Shown: piece after piece, positions 51,801 to 64,000 of the stretch
Layout of the letters: each line of letters begins with the position of its first letter
Numbering within the stretch: the first letter of the stretch is position 1
Assembly: GCF_009834535.1 (NCBI RefSeq)
Contig: NC_045696.1
Location: forward strand, 30,010,001-30,074,000
Direction: 5' to 3'
DNA length: 64,000 nt
Source of the DNA: Camelus ferus
Lineage: Eukaryota
Program-made: the position numbers and the translations under genes
Notes under the pieces: model-generated
The model's input: only the letters and a program-made list of their open reading frames with translations
Database searches by the model: none
Told to the model about the DNA's origin: nothing

Positions 51801-54490
51801 CAATTTTTATATTTACTTCTTGGATTGATCCCGTAATCACTGTGTAATGTCCTTTTTTATCTCTTGGTACAGTCTTTGTTTTAAAGTCTGTTTTGTCTGA
51901 TATAAATATTGCTACTCCAAATTTCTTTTCATTTCCATTTGCCCAGAACACTTTTTCCCATTCCCTCACTTTTAGTCTATATGTGTATTTAGATCTGATT
52001 TCAGTCTCTTGTAAGCAGCATATATATGGGTCTTGTTTTTGTATTTATTCAGCCACTCCATGTCTTTTGATTGAAGCATTTAATCCACTTACATTTAAAG
52101 TAATTATTGATAGGTATGAATTTATTGGCATTTTGTTAATTGTTTTCTAGTTATTTTTGTAGTTACTTTGTTTCTTTCTTCTGCTGCTCTCTTCCCTTGT
52201 GATTTGCTGGCTCTCTTTAGTGTTATATTTGGATTCCTTTATTTTTCTTGTATGTACATCAGTTACAGAGTTTTGGTTTGTGGCTACCATGAGGTTTATA
52301 TATAGCCATCTATCTGTGAGTATTTTAAGTTGCTGATTGCTTAAGTTCAAATGCATTTTAACAACCCTGTATTTTTACCCTACTCCCCTCATGTTTATTG
52401 TTTTCAATATCATATTTTACATATTTTTGTTTTGTATAACCCTTTACTCATTGTAGATATTGATGATTTTACTAGTTTTGTCTTTTAATCTTCCTATTAG
52501 CTTTATATATTATAAGGTTGATTTAGTACCTTTACTGTATATTTGCCTTTATTAATGAGTCTTTTCCTCTCATAATTTTTATGTTTCTAGTTGTGGCCTT
52601 TTCTTTTTCAGTTGAGAAGTCTGTTCAACATTTCTCATAAAGCTAGTTTGATGGTAGTGAATTTTTTAGCTTTTGCTTGTCTATAAAACTTTTGACCACT
52701 CTATCAAATCTGAATGAGAGATTTGCTGGGTAGAGTAGTCTTAATTTAGATTTTTCTCTTCATCGCTTTAAATATCACGCTACTCCCTTCTGGCCTGCAG
52801 AATTTCTGCTGAAAAAAACAGCTGATTAACCTTGTGGGAGTTCTCTTGTATATAACCTGTTACTTTTCTCTTGCTGATTTTGATATTTTCTTTATCTTTA
52901 ATCTTTGCCATTTTAATTACAGTGTGTCTTGGTGTGGTTCTTTTAGGGTTAATTCTTTTGGGAACTTTTTTGTGCTTCCTGGGCCTGGATGTCTGTTTCC
53001 TTTCCCAGGTTAGGAAAGTTTTCAGCTACTATGTTTTCAAATTTGTTCTGTCCCTTTCTCTCTCTCTTCTTCTTGGACCACTGTGATGTGAATGTTAATA
53101 CTCTTGTTACTGTCTCAGAGATCTCTTAAACTGTCCTCATTTCTTTTTCTTCTTTTTTTCTGTTCAGCTTAAGCAATTTCTACTACTCTATCTTCCAGCT
53201 CACTGATTTATTCCTCTGTATTATCTAATCTAGTGTCGATTCCTTCTAGTGTATTATTTCAGTTATTTTATTCTTCATTTCTGTTTGGTTCTTCTTTACC
53301 TCTTCTAACTCTTTGTTAAAAACTTCTAACTCCTCAGTCTGTTCATCCTATCTTCTCTTGAGTTCTTGTAACATTTTTGCAAACATTACCTTGAACTCTT
53401 TATCCAATAGATTGCTTATCTCTACTCAATTATTCTTCTGGGGCTTTATCTTGTTTCTTCCTTTGGAACATATTCCTTTGTTGCCTCATTTTGCCTAATT
53501 TGCTGTTTTTATTTCTAGGTATATGGTAGGTTGGCTACATTTCCTCACCTTGAAGAAGTGGTATTTTATAGGACACCTTCTGTGAATCCCAGCTGTGCAC
53601 TCCCCTCTGGTTACCAGTGCTATGTGTTCTACAAGTACTCCTTATGTGGGCTGCATGAGTCCTTCTGTTGTGATAGGCTGACTACAGTGGGTTTTATCAC
53701 AGATGTGGCTGACCCTGAGTCCAGTTGGTTGCCAGGCCCTGCCTTGTGTGGAGCCTGCTGGCCACAGGTGTGATGGTCCAGGTTGTGAGGCAGCTGTCTG
53801 AAGAGCTCCAGCTTATCCCAGGGCTAGTGCTGTCCCACTTTCAGGTGGAGCCTGATCCTGGGGTGGATATTGTGGCACCAGGGGTCTGGGATCTAGTGTT
53901 GGCCTGCTGTTTGGCAGGGCTGCTTCCTGCAGTGTCTGGGGTATCACAGAGCTTGTGGCTTTTGCTTGCTAGTGGGCAGAGCCAGGGTCCCAGGGCTGGT
54001 GTCAGTTTGCTAGTTGGTGGAGCCAAATCCTGGAATCTCTGTCTGCAGGGCTCTGGGAGTCCTAGAGTTGGTGTCAGCCCACTGGTGGGTGGAACCAGTT
54101 CCTGACACCGCTGGCTGCAGTGTCTGAGGTGTCCTGAAGGTAGTGTCAGCCTGCTGGTAGGTGGGGCTGGGTCACAGGGTAGCTAGACGAGGGACCCAAG
54201 GTGTCTTAGAGCTGGAGTTGTCCTGCTGGCGGGAAGGGCTGGGGCCTAGGTGGTCCCATGGCTACTGCAATCCTACTGGTGTGTGGACTGGTTCCTGACA
54301 TGGGTGGCTGCAGGGCTGGAGGTCTGGGTCTGATGTCTGCCTGTTGATTGGTGAGCTGGGGACCACCAACCCAGGGCTATTGCCTGGGATAAAGCTGTGC
54401 CCTGGGGTCTCAGGCTACAGGGCCTGGGGCTCTCAGAGCTGGTATTGACCCACTAGTGGGTAGAGCTGAGAACCAAGGGTCCTGGGGCTG
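48880..54490 (-). mobile_element. Long LINE-1 (5'UTR, ORF1, most of ORF2; 3' end missing), decayed
   Basis: ORF2 peptides [21 protein letters not shown] (48942-49136) and ANGNEKKFGVAIFISDKTDFK (51763-51969); GC-rich 5'UTR about 53560-54490. Confidence 0.93.
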
Positions 54491-54704
54491 AAATTAACTC
54501 TTTATTGTCATAGTTGAAATATAGTTTATTGGTTGTATAACTTAAATAAATGATAATAACTAAGTTAATGAAAAGTCTAAATTTTTGGAACCTTTCATGG
54601 AGGTATTTTAACAATAAATAGCTTTATGATGTATACACAACAATTTAACCTCTTAGATTTTATTATTATTAAAAGTATTTAATACATAGACAAGAAATGC
54701 AGCA

Positions 54705-54810
54705 ATTATTTAATAATATCTTATATTTTCTAAGATTAACATATTGCCAGACATTGACTAGACACTTCTCCTGGATTCTTTCTTTAATGTTTATACCCTC
54801 ATCTTTGTGT
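54705..54810 (-). mobile_element. MIR, 3' part
   Basis: 'tgccagacattgactagacact...tttaatgtttataccctc'; continues at about 55895. Confidence 0.5.
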
Positions 54811-54811
54811 C

Positions 54812-55885
54812 TGCTCTTTTCTGGATTCAGCATGTAAGGAGCTAGGAAGTTATTTTATTCTAACAATAAGTAAAACACTGAACAAACAGAAAATTAATAT
54901 CTTCGTACACCCATCCCAGGATTGAGATCACAGAGCCCCAGGATTGGAGTAGCAGATAGGCAGATACAGAGACTCACAATTTAGAGAAGAAACTTCGATG
55001 AGAACCAGTGCCAGGGTAGGAAAACCTGAACTGTGATTGACCAACTTCTTGAGGCTCAATATGAACAAACATGAGATTTAAGAACTATAGGAGGACCCAG
55101 TCTTAAAAGTAACCCTCACACTTTTGTGAGCTCTATCTCTAGGAACCCTGTCAGTTTTTTACAGTGAAGATTGGAGAAAAATCTCTGTGCTTCTGTTAAG
55201 AGGAGAGGGAAAAAAAACCATTTTGAAATATATGCAAAACATTCTGTTTTTCTTAACAGGACCTATCCTCAAGAGAACTACATTACTAAAGCCTAACCTA
55301 TGGGGATTTTATCAGAGCCTAACTAACTTTGGAGAGAGGAAATCACCAACTCCTGCCTCCTCTAGCCATTCTGTTCCATCTAAGGGAGGACAAGCAGAGA
55401 TGCATTTGGGAAGGTCACAGCCCTGGGAGGAGCACAGGCTCACTAGAAGGCTGAGGCTAGTCTTAGAGCTGCAGGATACTTCCTGTCCCCTGCCCCCTGC
55501 ATTTCACCACCACATCACCATAGGTCTATTTACCGCAGTGTCTTTTACCCAGTACATCACATCCAGCTTTCAACAAAACTTACAAAGCACACTAAAAGGC
55601 AAAAAACACAGTCTGAAGAGAAAAGCAAGCATCCAGAGGCAGGATTAGATGTGGCACACATGTTGGAAATATGAAACTGGGAATTTAAAATAACTGTGAT
55701 CAGTACACTAGGGCTCCAATGAAAAGAGTAGCCAGCATTCAAGAACAGAAGGTTTATGTAAGCAGAGAGACGGAAATTCTAAAAATCAAAAACACTATAA
55801 CAGAAATGAAATATGCTTTTGGTGGGCTTGTTAGTAGACTGGAAATGGCTGAAAAAAATATCAGTCAGCTTGAAGAGATATCCAA
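54812..55885 (+). mobile_element. L1MC-type 5'UTR and ORF1 start, 3'-truncated
   Basis: Start is homologous to the reverse complement of 33780-33990; ORF1-like 'taacagaaatgaaatatgcttttggtgggcttgttagtagactgga'. Confidence 0.8.
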
Positions 55886-55894
55886 ACCTCTGGT

Positions 55895-56005
55895 CTGAAG
55901 CTGAGACTCAGAGGATTGACGATCACACAGCTCTAAAGTAGCAGACACCAGATTCTCATCTCGATCTGTCTGACTCCAAAATTAAATGCTCAGTCACTCT
56001 ACTCT
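55895..56005 (-). mobile_element. MIR, 5' part
   Basis: 'ctgagactcagag...atcacacagct...ctgtctgactccaaa'. Confidence 0.7.
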
Positions 56006-57264
56006 CTTTAGTCTCATCTTTCTCTCTTTTTAATATAATATAATGGAACAGCAATGAATAATTAGATAATAGAGAAACATGATGACAAGGGAAATATTTA
56101 CTATTTGTTTCAAGGGAAAAATAAAGCTTTTAATGTTTAGTTTGATCTGATCCAAGTTTGTCACATATGTGCTTTCTATATATATTTATAAAAAGGATTA
56201 TACCTATATGTCTAATGATGTTTATTTCTAAACAGTGAAATTATAGTTGACTTTTCTCTTATTTTGTTAGGGCTTTTCTGCATTTGTGACTACTTCAACA
56301 ATGTATACATATATGATTTATGGTACTAACAATTAAAAACTATGAAAATAACAATAATTAAAACAAAGAGGAACAGAATCTTAAAAAATTAGAACATAAA
56401 TAATATATGAGCAAGCAAACCCAGAGGAAAATGTTGAGAGATTTGTATTAAAACTTTTATCAGTCTGTGAGTGATCAATGATAACATATTTTCCTATTTT
56501 GACTAGTTACATTATTTTTTAGAATTTCAGATTTTAGTATTAATTGATGAGTCATAAGAACATTTGTCCTTATTCCCTATATTTATCTCCTTATTACCCA
56601 CCATCAATCATATAATAATAATGATGATGACTAATAGTGTTGGAGGAGAGTTCTGTTTATGCAGAAGAAGTTGCTGTAACATGCTTAGCCACTACAATAT
56701 CTCCTTTTGTTCAGAGTTTCTATGGTTCACATGTCTCAAAAGTTGATGTCACCCAGGTAGAAAATGTAATAGATATGGAGAGATAGAGGTTTTCATTTTT
56801 ATTTTTTCACACTTGTCATCTTGGAAGAGAAAATGACTCTTTATTTTGTAACTCAGACAGGAGGCAAACAGCACATGGCATTGCTGACTGAGTTGCAAAA
56901 TCAAAATTGACAAATCCTGGAGGAGAAGAAACTTACCATTGCAAAGTCAGGCATCTCTGTGCTTGCTACCTGGGCTTTCCTAGTGTCTTCCCGCTGCTGC
57001 TCAGCAGTCCCCAAGGTCCAGCTGACATTAGTCTGGCTTCTCAGACAAGTCAAAAAGGGGGAAATAATTTGATCATAAGGAAATAAAAGAGTTGGCACAG
57101 AAGACCAGTTCATTCTTGCTGCTTCTATTATGATGAAGGGTCAGAGAGCAAGGCTGATGCCAAAACTCAGCATAGGATATGAGAAAAAGAGGAAGAATTA
57201 GATTTCTATTTACTACCTGTTTTCTTAAAACCAAACATGATTTAAGAGTTTACAGCAAAGACTC

Positions 57265-57800
57265 GCTGATGATGTGAGTGCCATTAAAATGTTACGCTCA
57301 TACGTCACTGGTGGCAGTGAAATCTAGCACAACTCTTGGGAAGTGTTTTGAAAAGCTATCAAGAACCATCTATATGTTCATTCATTTTGGTACCTATGCA
57401 AAGCTGTCTACACGGATCCGAATACTTATGTTGGTGTTATCTGCTGGGAAAATTGAAGCTAAGTACACATACATTGATTTAGAAATATTTGTTCAGTGAT
57501 TAATAAAACCATGGTATATCAACTTATGTATTATTGTGGAGTCATTAAAAGGGCCAGTTAAGCAAAACAGATGCCTAGAAACAAAATTTTTAGGAAGCAG
57601 TGTTGCTTTGGCAAAAGCAATATACAGATTTGTATGTATACAGTGGTTGAAATTTTAGGAAAATATGTATATTCAAATAAAAAGTGTATTACCAGTAGGT
57701 GAAATAAAAATGTGGTAAAGAAATGAATTGATGGATATTTTTACTCCACTTGTCTGTTTCTAAAACTTCTACAATGCTATACTCTCCTTAGTAAGAAAAT
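57265..57800 (+). mobile_element. Very old L1 (L1ME-like) 3' fragment
   Basis: 'ctcatacgtcactggtggcagtgaaatctagcacaactcttggga', 'aataaaaccatggtatatc...gtcattaaaa'. Confidence 0.6.
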
Positions 57801-57992
57801 CATGAAAATAATCAAATAGTTAATATTTAATCTTTGCATGCCAGAAAAATCTTTGCCCCAGGCCCTGCCTCTGTCCTCAGTGCTGAAGAGATTAACAGTT
57901 CAGCACACTTGAAGTCTGTTGAGAAGCTCTGCTTTGAAACATGTCAGGAAGTAAGTTGAATAAAATCATGAAGGTAAATTTGGTGGGAAAGA

Positions 57993-58047
57993 GTGTGTGT
58001 GTGTGTGAGAGACAGAAAGAGAGACAGAGAAAAAGAGAAAAAAAAAA
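57993..58047. repeat. (TG)n followed by an (AG)/A-rich tract
   Basis: gtgtgtgtgtgtgtgagagacagaaagagagacag. Confidence 0.9.
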
Positions 58048-58960
58048 GCACCCTTGCAATTGACTGGATAAATGGGGGCTCATAGAAATTCACCTGTCTG
58101 CTGTGACCTCCATTACTGTCTAAATTTTGTTTCAGTAGATAATTGTGTTAAGAATGCCCTCCCTCCCACACACTCATACCCTCTGGGCAAACCTCTAAAA
58201 AGTGCACTGATCTTGCCCTGTGAAGTTGAAAGCAAAGAAACAGACAGCCCCTAGTTACTTAGGTAACACATATTTACATGCTTATAATCTCTTTATTTTA
58301 TTTCTCTATTCATTCCTTAATAAAGTGTGCAGTTAAGAAATAGCTGTTGATATTCATATCCTGTATAGTCAAAGATGAGTTTATGACCCTTTGTTTATTA
58401 GTGAATAGGGATTTATTGAAAGAAAACGTATGCTAGGAATTCTCCAAATGTAGAAAATGATAATTAAAAAGAAAAACAACTGATCTTCCTTGAAACAATA
58501 TAAGGAGAAGAAAGCACTACAGCAGTGTTCTTTAAATCTATAGAAATATCAGAGAAAAAAATGTATCTTATTTTTTTTTGCTATTTTTTGTATAAAATGG
58601 AAAGAGAATAATTATAGATGTCTAAGAATATCAGATTTAAATTTTAGGTGGTTTAAGTATAAACATAATGTCCATCCCCCCCACTCTCTCTGTCTTTGCT
58701 TTCTTGGTTGCTGAATTAAAAACAATACTTAAATGATCTAGTGCAGCCTAACAGAAGCTGGGAAATTTATTGACCACTCATTTTATCAATTTCCTCCAGA
58801 ATGTAAATTGCTATTCAGGAGTATTCAAGCATTTATAGCACCTGCATGTTAGAAAACTATTGCAATGGAACTCCTATTATAATTGAAAATAATAATTTTC
58901 AAACTGTTTTCTCTGGAGCTGTGTGCTTCAGGGATTCTGCATATTTTTAATCTGGTTTTC

Positions 58961-58996
58961 ATATATATATGAAATATATATATATATATATATATA
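58961..58996. repeat. (TA)n microsatellite
   Basis: Two TA runs separated by gaa. Confidence 0.9.
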
Positions 58997-59629
58997 CTTC
59001 TGTTATTAAAATTATAATATAATTAACATGAACTCTCAAATATTTACGATTTAGAAACCACTGATACATTGTTTTTATCTGCACTGAAAATTGTCTCTTG
59101 CCAACCTTACCTTAGTGAACACTGTTGTTCAATTATTAAAAAAGTAGTAAGAACAATTAGCAGTTCCACCTGATTATCACATTTCCTAGATTCTGTGCAA
59201 TGGAAGCAAAATTCAACCTTGCATTCAAAGTCATTTCAAGGTTTTATTACTATCACTGTCATCCATAGGCTCCAATTCCAAATATTTATGTTCACTAAAA
59301 TAGCCTTATGGTTCTCATTGATTAAATTACACTAAATATACATATAAATATTTAAATTTGAATTTATGGGATAAATTTATACTAATCAAGTCATTTTTAA
59401 AAATCATTTTTAATAGTAGGGTTTTCATAAGATTTTGTTTATGTAAATAATTTCTGTGACTAAATACACTTGCCGAGTGATGTAGATGTTTTGGAGAATT
59501 CATTGGTATTCCAGATCTTCTAATTGTAGGTAAGTTCCTTTCTGAAAGTTTGGACTATGTAGGTAAGATAAAGTCTCCAAAACAAACTTTACTAATACAG
59601 GAATGTTTTATTTGGTGTAACAAGAAAGC

Positions 59630-59920
59630 ACTTGCCTGTTACCAGAGATCAGCTAGCTGAAGTTTTCTAGCCGCAGCATCTTTGGGCTCCCTTTCGGCTT
59701 TTGTGCCAAGGCCACGCTTTTCTCAGGAGGACCCCAGCCAGTGGCTGAGCCCCAGTGACCCAAGGCAAACTCAGAGGTTCCCAGCTGGATTGGCTGAGAT
59801 TTTGTCTGACCTGCCCAGTTCTCTTCCTTCTCTTTTGTCTTCCACAGTCTCCTTCCCCTCAACCTCAGAACCACTATATTTGTCTCTACATCTGCTTCCC
59901 TCAGAACCTGAACTGTCTCA
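59630..59920 (+). mobile_element. ERV-L LTR fragment (LTR16D/E-like)
   Basis: 'gccaaggccacgctt...cccagccagtggctgagc', 'ggattggctgag', ends 'cctgaactgtctca'. Confidence 0.6.
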
Positions 59921-61639
59921 TTTAGATAAATGTTTATGCATACATTTTTATTATTTGAATATATAATATTTATTGGCTAAATTAATATTTAAGATTATTG
60001 GGGGGTGCATAAATGCTTCCTTCAAGTTCCTGTACTTGAGACAGCTATTTTAAGATCTTTCAACACTTTAGTTATAGCTTTTCACATTTTGTCCACTGGA
60101 ATAAGATGAAACCTATCAAGAATATAAATTTATCTTAATCAATTCTGTAAGCTAGTTGTTGTAGTCAGTGTGCTGGGAAGTATAAAAATGTTAGAATGTA
60201 ACTTTTAATTTTTTCACATATTATAATGAAATATACCATAATTCAGAATACTTACACATATTTCTCTTAACCAAGAACAAATATGTGAAATTAGAAAGAA
60301 ATAAACAAGAAATTTATTACAACCAATTATGTAACAGGGAATTCAGCAAAAATGGGATAAAATCAATGGCAAGCTTTTAGTTTTCTTATTTTTTAACTTT
60401 AATTGATTTATATCTTTTGGACTTTGTATGGCTTCACATATATCATAGATAGTTCCTATACCATATTCTTCAGTCCAAGTATTATACTGCTTAGAAAGTA
60501 CCTTTTTATATGATTTATATGTCATAGTTTTAGACAACTAATTAGAAATTCAATTAGACTGATCTATTTAGACTAGATCCAATTGGTCTGATCTGGACTC
60601 TTACCCTTGTTATAATTATGTGCCTCTTGGTTATATGGTTTAGAGAATAAATTCAACATCATCTCAGTGCTAATGGGGTCAGTGTAGGTGGGTGGGGTTC
60701 ATCTTCTCCAGTTCTCTACGCTTCAACTTGGATGCATTTTATGCATAGGTCACCTTATTGGCTCCTGTCATTTTATGGCTCCTACTTTAAGGTGATCTGG
60801 ATGAGGTGAATGAGGATGCATTCCCTTTCTTTACTGTGAGGATGCAAGCAAAATGATTACTTACATAGTGATTTCCTTTCCATAGTATCCAAATTTCTAA
60901 GTTCAAATCCATGTCTGTGGTTATAAGCCTAAGTATTCCTTCCTTACATGGGTTTTATTAATCTTTACTTTTCTATTTGATGAAATTCAGATACAACCCT
61001 TCCCCACCCCAAACTTATTATGAGTATGCTATGAAGAAAATGCAGTAATCAAGTGGGTTACATTTATGATCTTGAGCTGTTTTACCTGTTTTCATGTAAA
61101 TTAGCATTCAGTGTCTTACGTACAATTTGAAAACCGAATGTTTTAAAGGCATAAGAAACATGACTATAAGAAAAAACTGTGATGTATAGATTATCAAAAA
61201 TATACTCGCTTTTTTTTTCTTATTCTTCATTCACTGAGGGAAAATTCCTATAAAGTTTGCAATCTCACTCTTGCTAAATGGAGTACTGAAACACCACGTA
61301 TCCACCTTCTTTTTATGATATAAAAATATCTTACTTTGTTCTGTCTGCATGATGTAGTTCTTTAGGTAGCTGGCAAACCCACTGCCCATTCAGCAATTAT
61401 GCAATTCCCTCCTGGTGCAACAAATGCATTCTTTGTGTCTTTATTCTTAGGCTTATTATACTGAGGTAAGAGGATTAATCTACTGGTGGAACTCTATTAT
61501 TCTCTATATTAGGTCAGAAAAAAAGATTAATTTTGTAGAGAAAAATTACAAGTCAGTAGTCACACTTGATACTTCTTTCCTGTTGTTTTAATTAAGCTAT
61601 AACCTGGATTCTAAGGGATAAATATATTAATAATGAAAT

Positions 61640-61740
61640 TATTTTGGAACTTGAAGTAAGTCCTGATGTCTGGCACTAACTAGGAATGTGACTTTATTCA
61701 AAACATTTAATCTTCATGGGTTTTATTTTCCTTATTCATG
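61640..61740 (+). mobile_element. MIR fragment
   Basis: 'cactaactaggaatgtgacttt...catttaatcttcatgggttttattttccttat'. Confidence 0.5.
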
Positions 61741-62059
61741 TCTCTTGTGCCATAAATTTTCCCACAACATTGACTTCCTCTACTAAACATATATGGCTAC
61801 TCAAATCTCTTTTATAAGAAAAATCATTATGTTTTTCAGCATGAGATTCTTTCTGTGATTACTCAAAGTAGATTTAATAAGTAAATAAATACATGGATAT
61901 TTACGTTTTGCAAGTTCTACTCATTTATTTGGTCATTTAATAAGTCTTGATCATCTGCAGTGCTGGGGACTGCTCCAAAAATTTTAATTTGCACATGTGA
62001 CTTGACAGCCATACATTAATCATTATATATTTTCTCAAATACTTGATATATGTCCACAC

Positions 62060-62202
62060 TTTTTTTTCGGGGGGTGGGTGGAGGTAATTAGGTTTCTTTC
62101 TTTATTTTTTATGTTATTTTTTTGATAGAGGTATTGGGGATTGAACCCAGGACCTCCTGCATGCTAAGCACACACTCTACAACTGAACTGTACCCTCCCC
62201 AC
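62060..62202 (-). mobile_element. tRNA(Ala)-derived SINE of camelid type
   Basis: Minus strand: A-box-like 'tacagttcagttgtag', 'tgcttagcatgc', B box 'ggttcaatccc', then 'aaacctaattacctcc', C-run and A-tail; approximate TSD tccacactt/tccacattt. Confidence 0.85.
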
Positions 62203-62244
62203 TCCACATTTCTTCCAGACACTTTTCCTTATTTATATAATTTT

Positions 62245-63090
62245 TCTTCATGGTTTTCACTATCATGTACATGCCAATAACGCTCGAATTTACATCTGTG
62301 ATTCAGATCCTCCTATGAGATCTGGATATATATGGCCAACTTCTTATGAGACATTTTATACCTTGCTTTACTATAAACACTTTATATTAAATAAATATGC
62401 TAATGAATTTCCCACAAAGCATTGTTTTCACCTAATATATTCAATTCTAATGTCATGCCAACAACCCTGTTTTCCAACCTAATTCTGGCAATAACTATAT
62501 ATTCTTCTTTTTCCAATACTTTCATATCAAATCAATTTTTGATTTTAGCAATGCTACCATCTTTACACACCTTAAATCCTCCTTAATTCTCTATGTTACA
62601 TACTATTTAAGTAGTCTACTATGTGACCTCCCAACCCCCATGCTCTTTTACTCCACTCTGTTCTTCACACAGGCACTAAAACACATATTTGCTCATGTTT
62701 GCCTCCAGAGTAAAAGTATCATTGGCATTTCATTGCCAACAGCATCATCTGCACCTCTATCTGCTTCTTCGCCACCTCCTGCTTCCCTACATGCACTTTA
62801 TACTGTAGTCACATTCAACTGCTTACTGTTTTCTGAATCTTGTCATTTCTGGACTCCACAATATTTTATAGACTGGTCCATCTGATTTAAATAACCTTTT
62901 ATGTCTTCAGTCCTGAGAAACTTTTAATTTTGTATCCCATAGCTCCCTGATGAATAATTCCTTAAGAGACATTCCCTGCATTACACAAATTCTTTTTTCC
63001 CTTCTTTATGCCCCTTTTATTTTTCGTAATGGTCATTTGGTCACATCTCTTGTAATCTAAGACACTGTGAGCAACACACATGTCTTAGTG
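62245..63090 (+). mobile_element. L2 LINE (RT remnant to 3' region)
   Basis: HGFHYHVHANNARIY near 62250-62295 resembles the L2 YADD..IY motif; pyrimidine-rich L2 text downstream. Confidence 0.7.
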
Positions 63091-63839
63091 GACAATCTTT
63101 GTAACAATAGAAAGCACCCTGACTAGGATATGGAAAGGCTTGTATTCCTACTTCTTTGATCTTAGAAGATGGCTTACTTAGCCATCTTAAAAATGCAGTA
63201 ATAATTCCTTAGTTCAAAAAAAATATATGAGTCAAAACCATGTTTTTATGTTATTAGCTAGGCATGTACCAGGTTCAAGGAGGCATTTATATAGACTTTT
63301 TAGTTTCCATAGTTTTTCATTTACATCATGTCCTTGCGAGAGATTTGCATTGAAGGCTTTTTTTTTTTTTCTGTGATGCAAAAATGTACAGCGCTTTTTA
63401 TTAGTTAAGGTCTCAGTTTTATTCTATGTGCCTTTTATGTTCTGAATTCTTTCCACTGGACTGGTGTTTATCCCAAAATAACTGATGGTAGAGGAAAAAA
63501 AGTTAAATTTATAAAGGCTCCTTTTATCAGCAGTTTACCCCTTATTATGAATGACTTAGAAATGGAAATGGCATTGCATAAAACCTTTCTCAGGTGTGAA
63601 AGGATAAATACACCTTTCTAATGTTACATGACATAATTGTACCAATTCTTACTTTCTATCATTTCTAGAACCAAATGTAATTAATATATTTAAAAAATCT
63701 CCTTCCTACTGGTTATCTTATTAAATCAAATAAATTGAAAAAAAAGTGTATGTGTATTTCCCTCAGAATAATAACTGGCATATCATATGCATCTAATAAA
63801 TGATAGCTAAAGTGACAAGGATACTGCTAATTTTGATTT

Positions 63840-63925
63840 TAGTATGCTCAGTACTTAGCTCAGACTCTGACAAATTGCAGGTGTTCCAATAAATAACCAA
63901 AAGATTAAGCGAATGAATGACTGAG
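63840..63925 (+). mobile_element. L2 3' terminus
   Basis: 'agtacttagctcagactctgaca...caggtgttccaataaata...gaatgaatga'. Confidence 0.6.
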
Positions 63926-64000
63926 TTACATGAAGGAATTAAATGAAATTAGTGGCTGTAAATTGTGGTTGTCCATCAGAGTCACCTGTAGGACGTTTCT

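Noticed and set aside
55187..55648. 153-aa ORF as a novel protein
   Set aside because: It lies in L1MC 5' sequence, has a non-ATG start and shows no recognisable domain.
56901..57130. Minus-strand exon ending at a gtaagt donor near 56937
   Set aside because: No convincing acceptor and no recognisable peptide.
58890..59063. hAT-Charlie MITE around the TA repeat
   Set aside because: Only one plausible terminus (tttagaaaccactg); too weak to call.
60550..60600. Short gatc/tagact quasi-palindromic repeats
   Set aside because: Too short and irregular to distinguish from slippage noise.
62125..62202. tRNA-Ala gene
   Set aside because: Stems are degenerate and it has a SINE tail and TSD.
799..62885. 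ORF-track entries as host protein-coding genes
   Set aside because: All are short; the recognisable ones are broken L1 ORF2 or ERV-L pieces, and the rest are low-complexity or chance ORFs with no supported exon structure.

Overview
Mammalian (eutherian) non-coding genomic DNA: AT-rich, CpG-depleted and dominated by transposable-element fossils. A tRNA-derived SINE at about 62.1 kb looks like the camelid SINE, suggesting camel, alpaca or llama. I find no supportable protein-coding gene, RNA gene, CpG island or CRISPR. The ORF-track entries with recognisable protein similarity are decayed LINE-1 ORF2 or ERV-L pol pieces. Main content: (1) a two-LTR ERV-L provirus (LTR16-type, 6268-18854) with nested L1, Tigger and hAT insertions; (2) a cluster of hAT-Blackjack-like fragments at 20.5-26.7 kb, including a transposase dimerisation motif and two diverged copies of one end; (3) several long minus-strand L1s; (4) many MaLR solo LTRs plus L2, L3/CR1 and MIR relics. 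I did not find a new biological system. The most unusual items are a 34-bp-arm hairpin at an LTR junction (41644-41741), a 5'-intact/3'-truncated L1 with an apparent target-site duplication (TSD), a candidate L1 3' transduction and the rearranged Blackjack cluster. Repeat family names come from recalled consensus similarity, not a database search, and boundaries of old elements are approximate.
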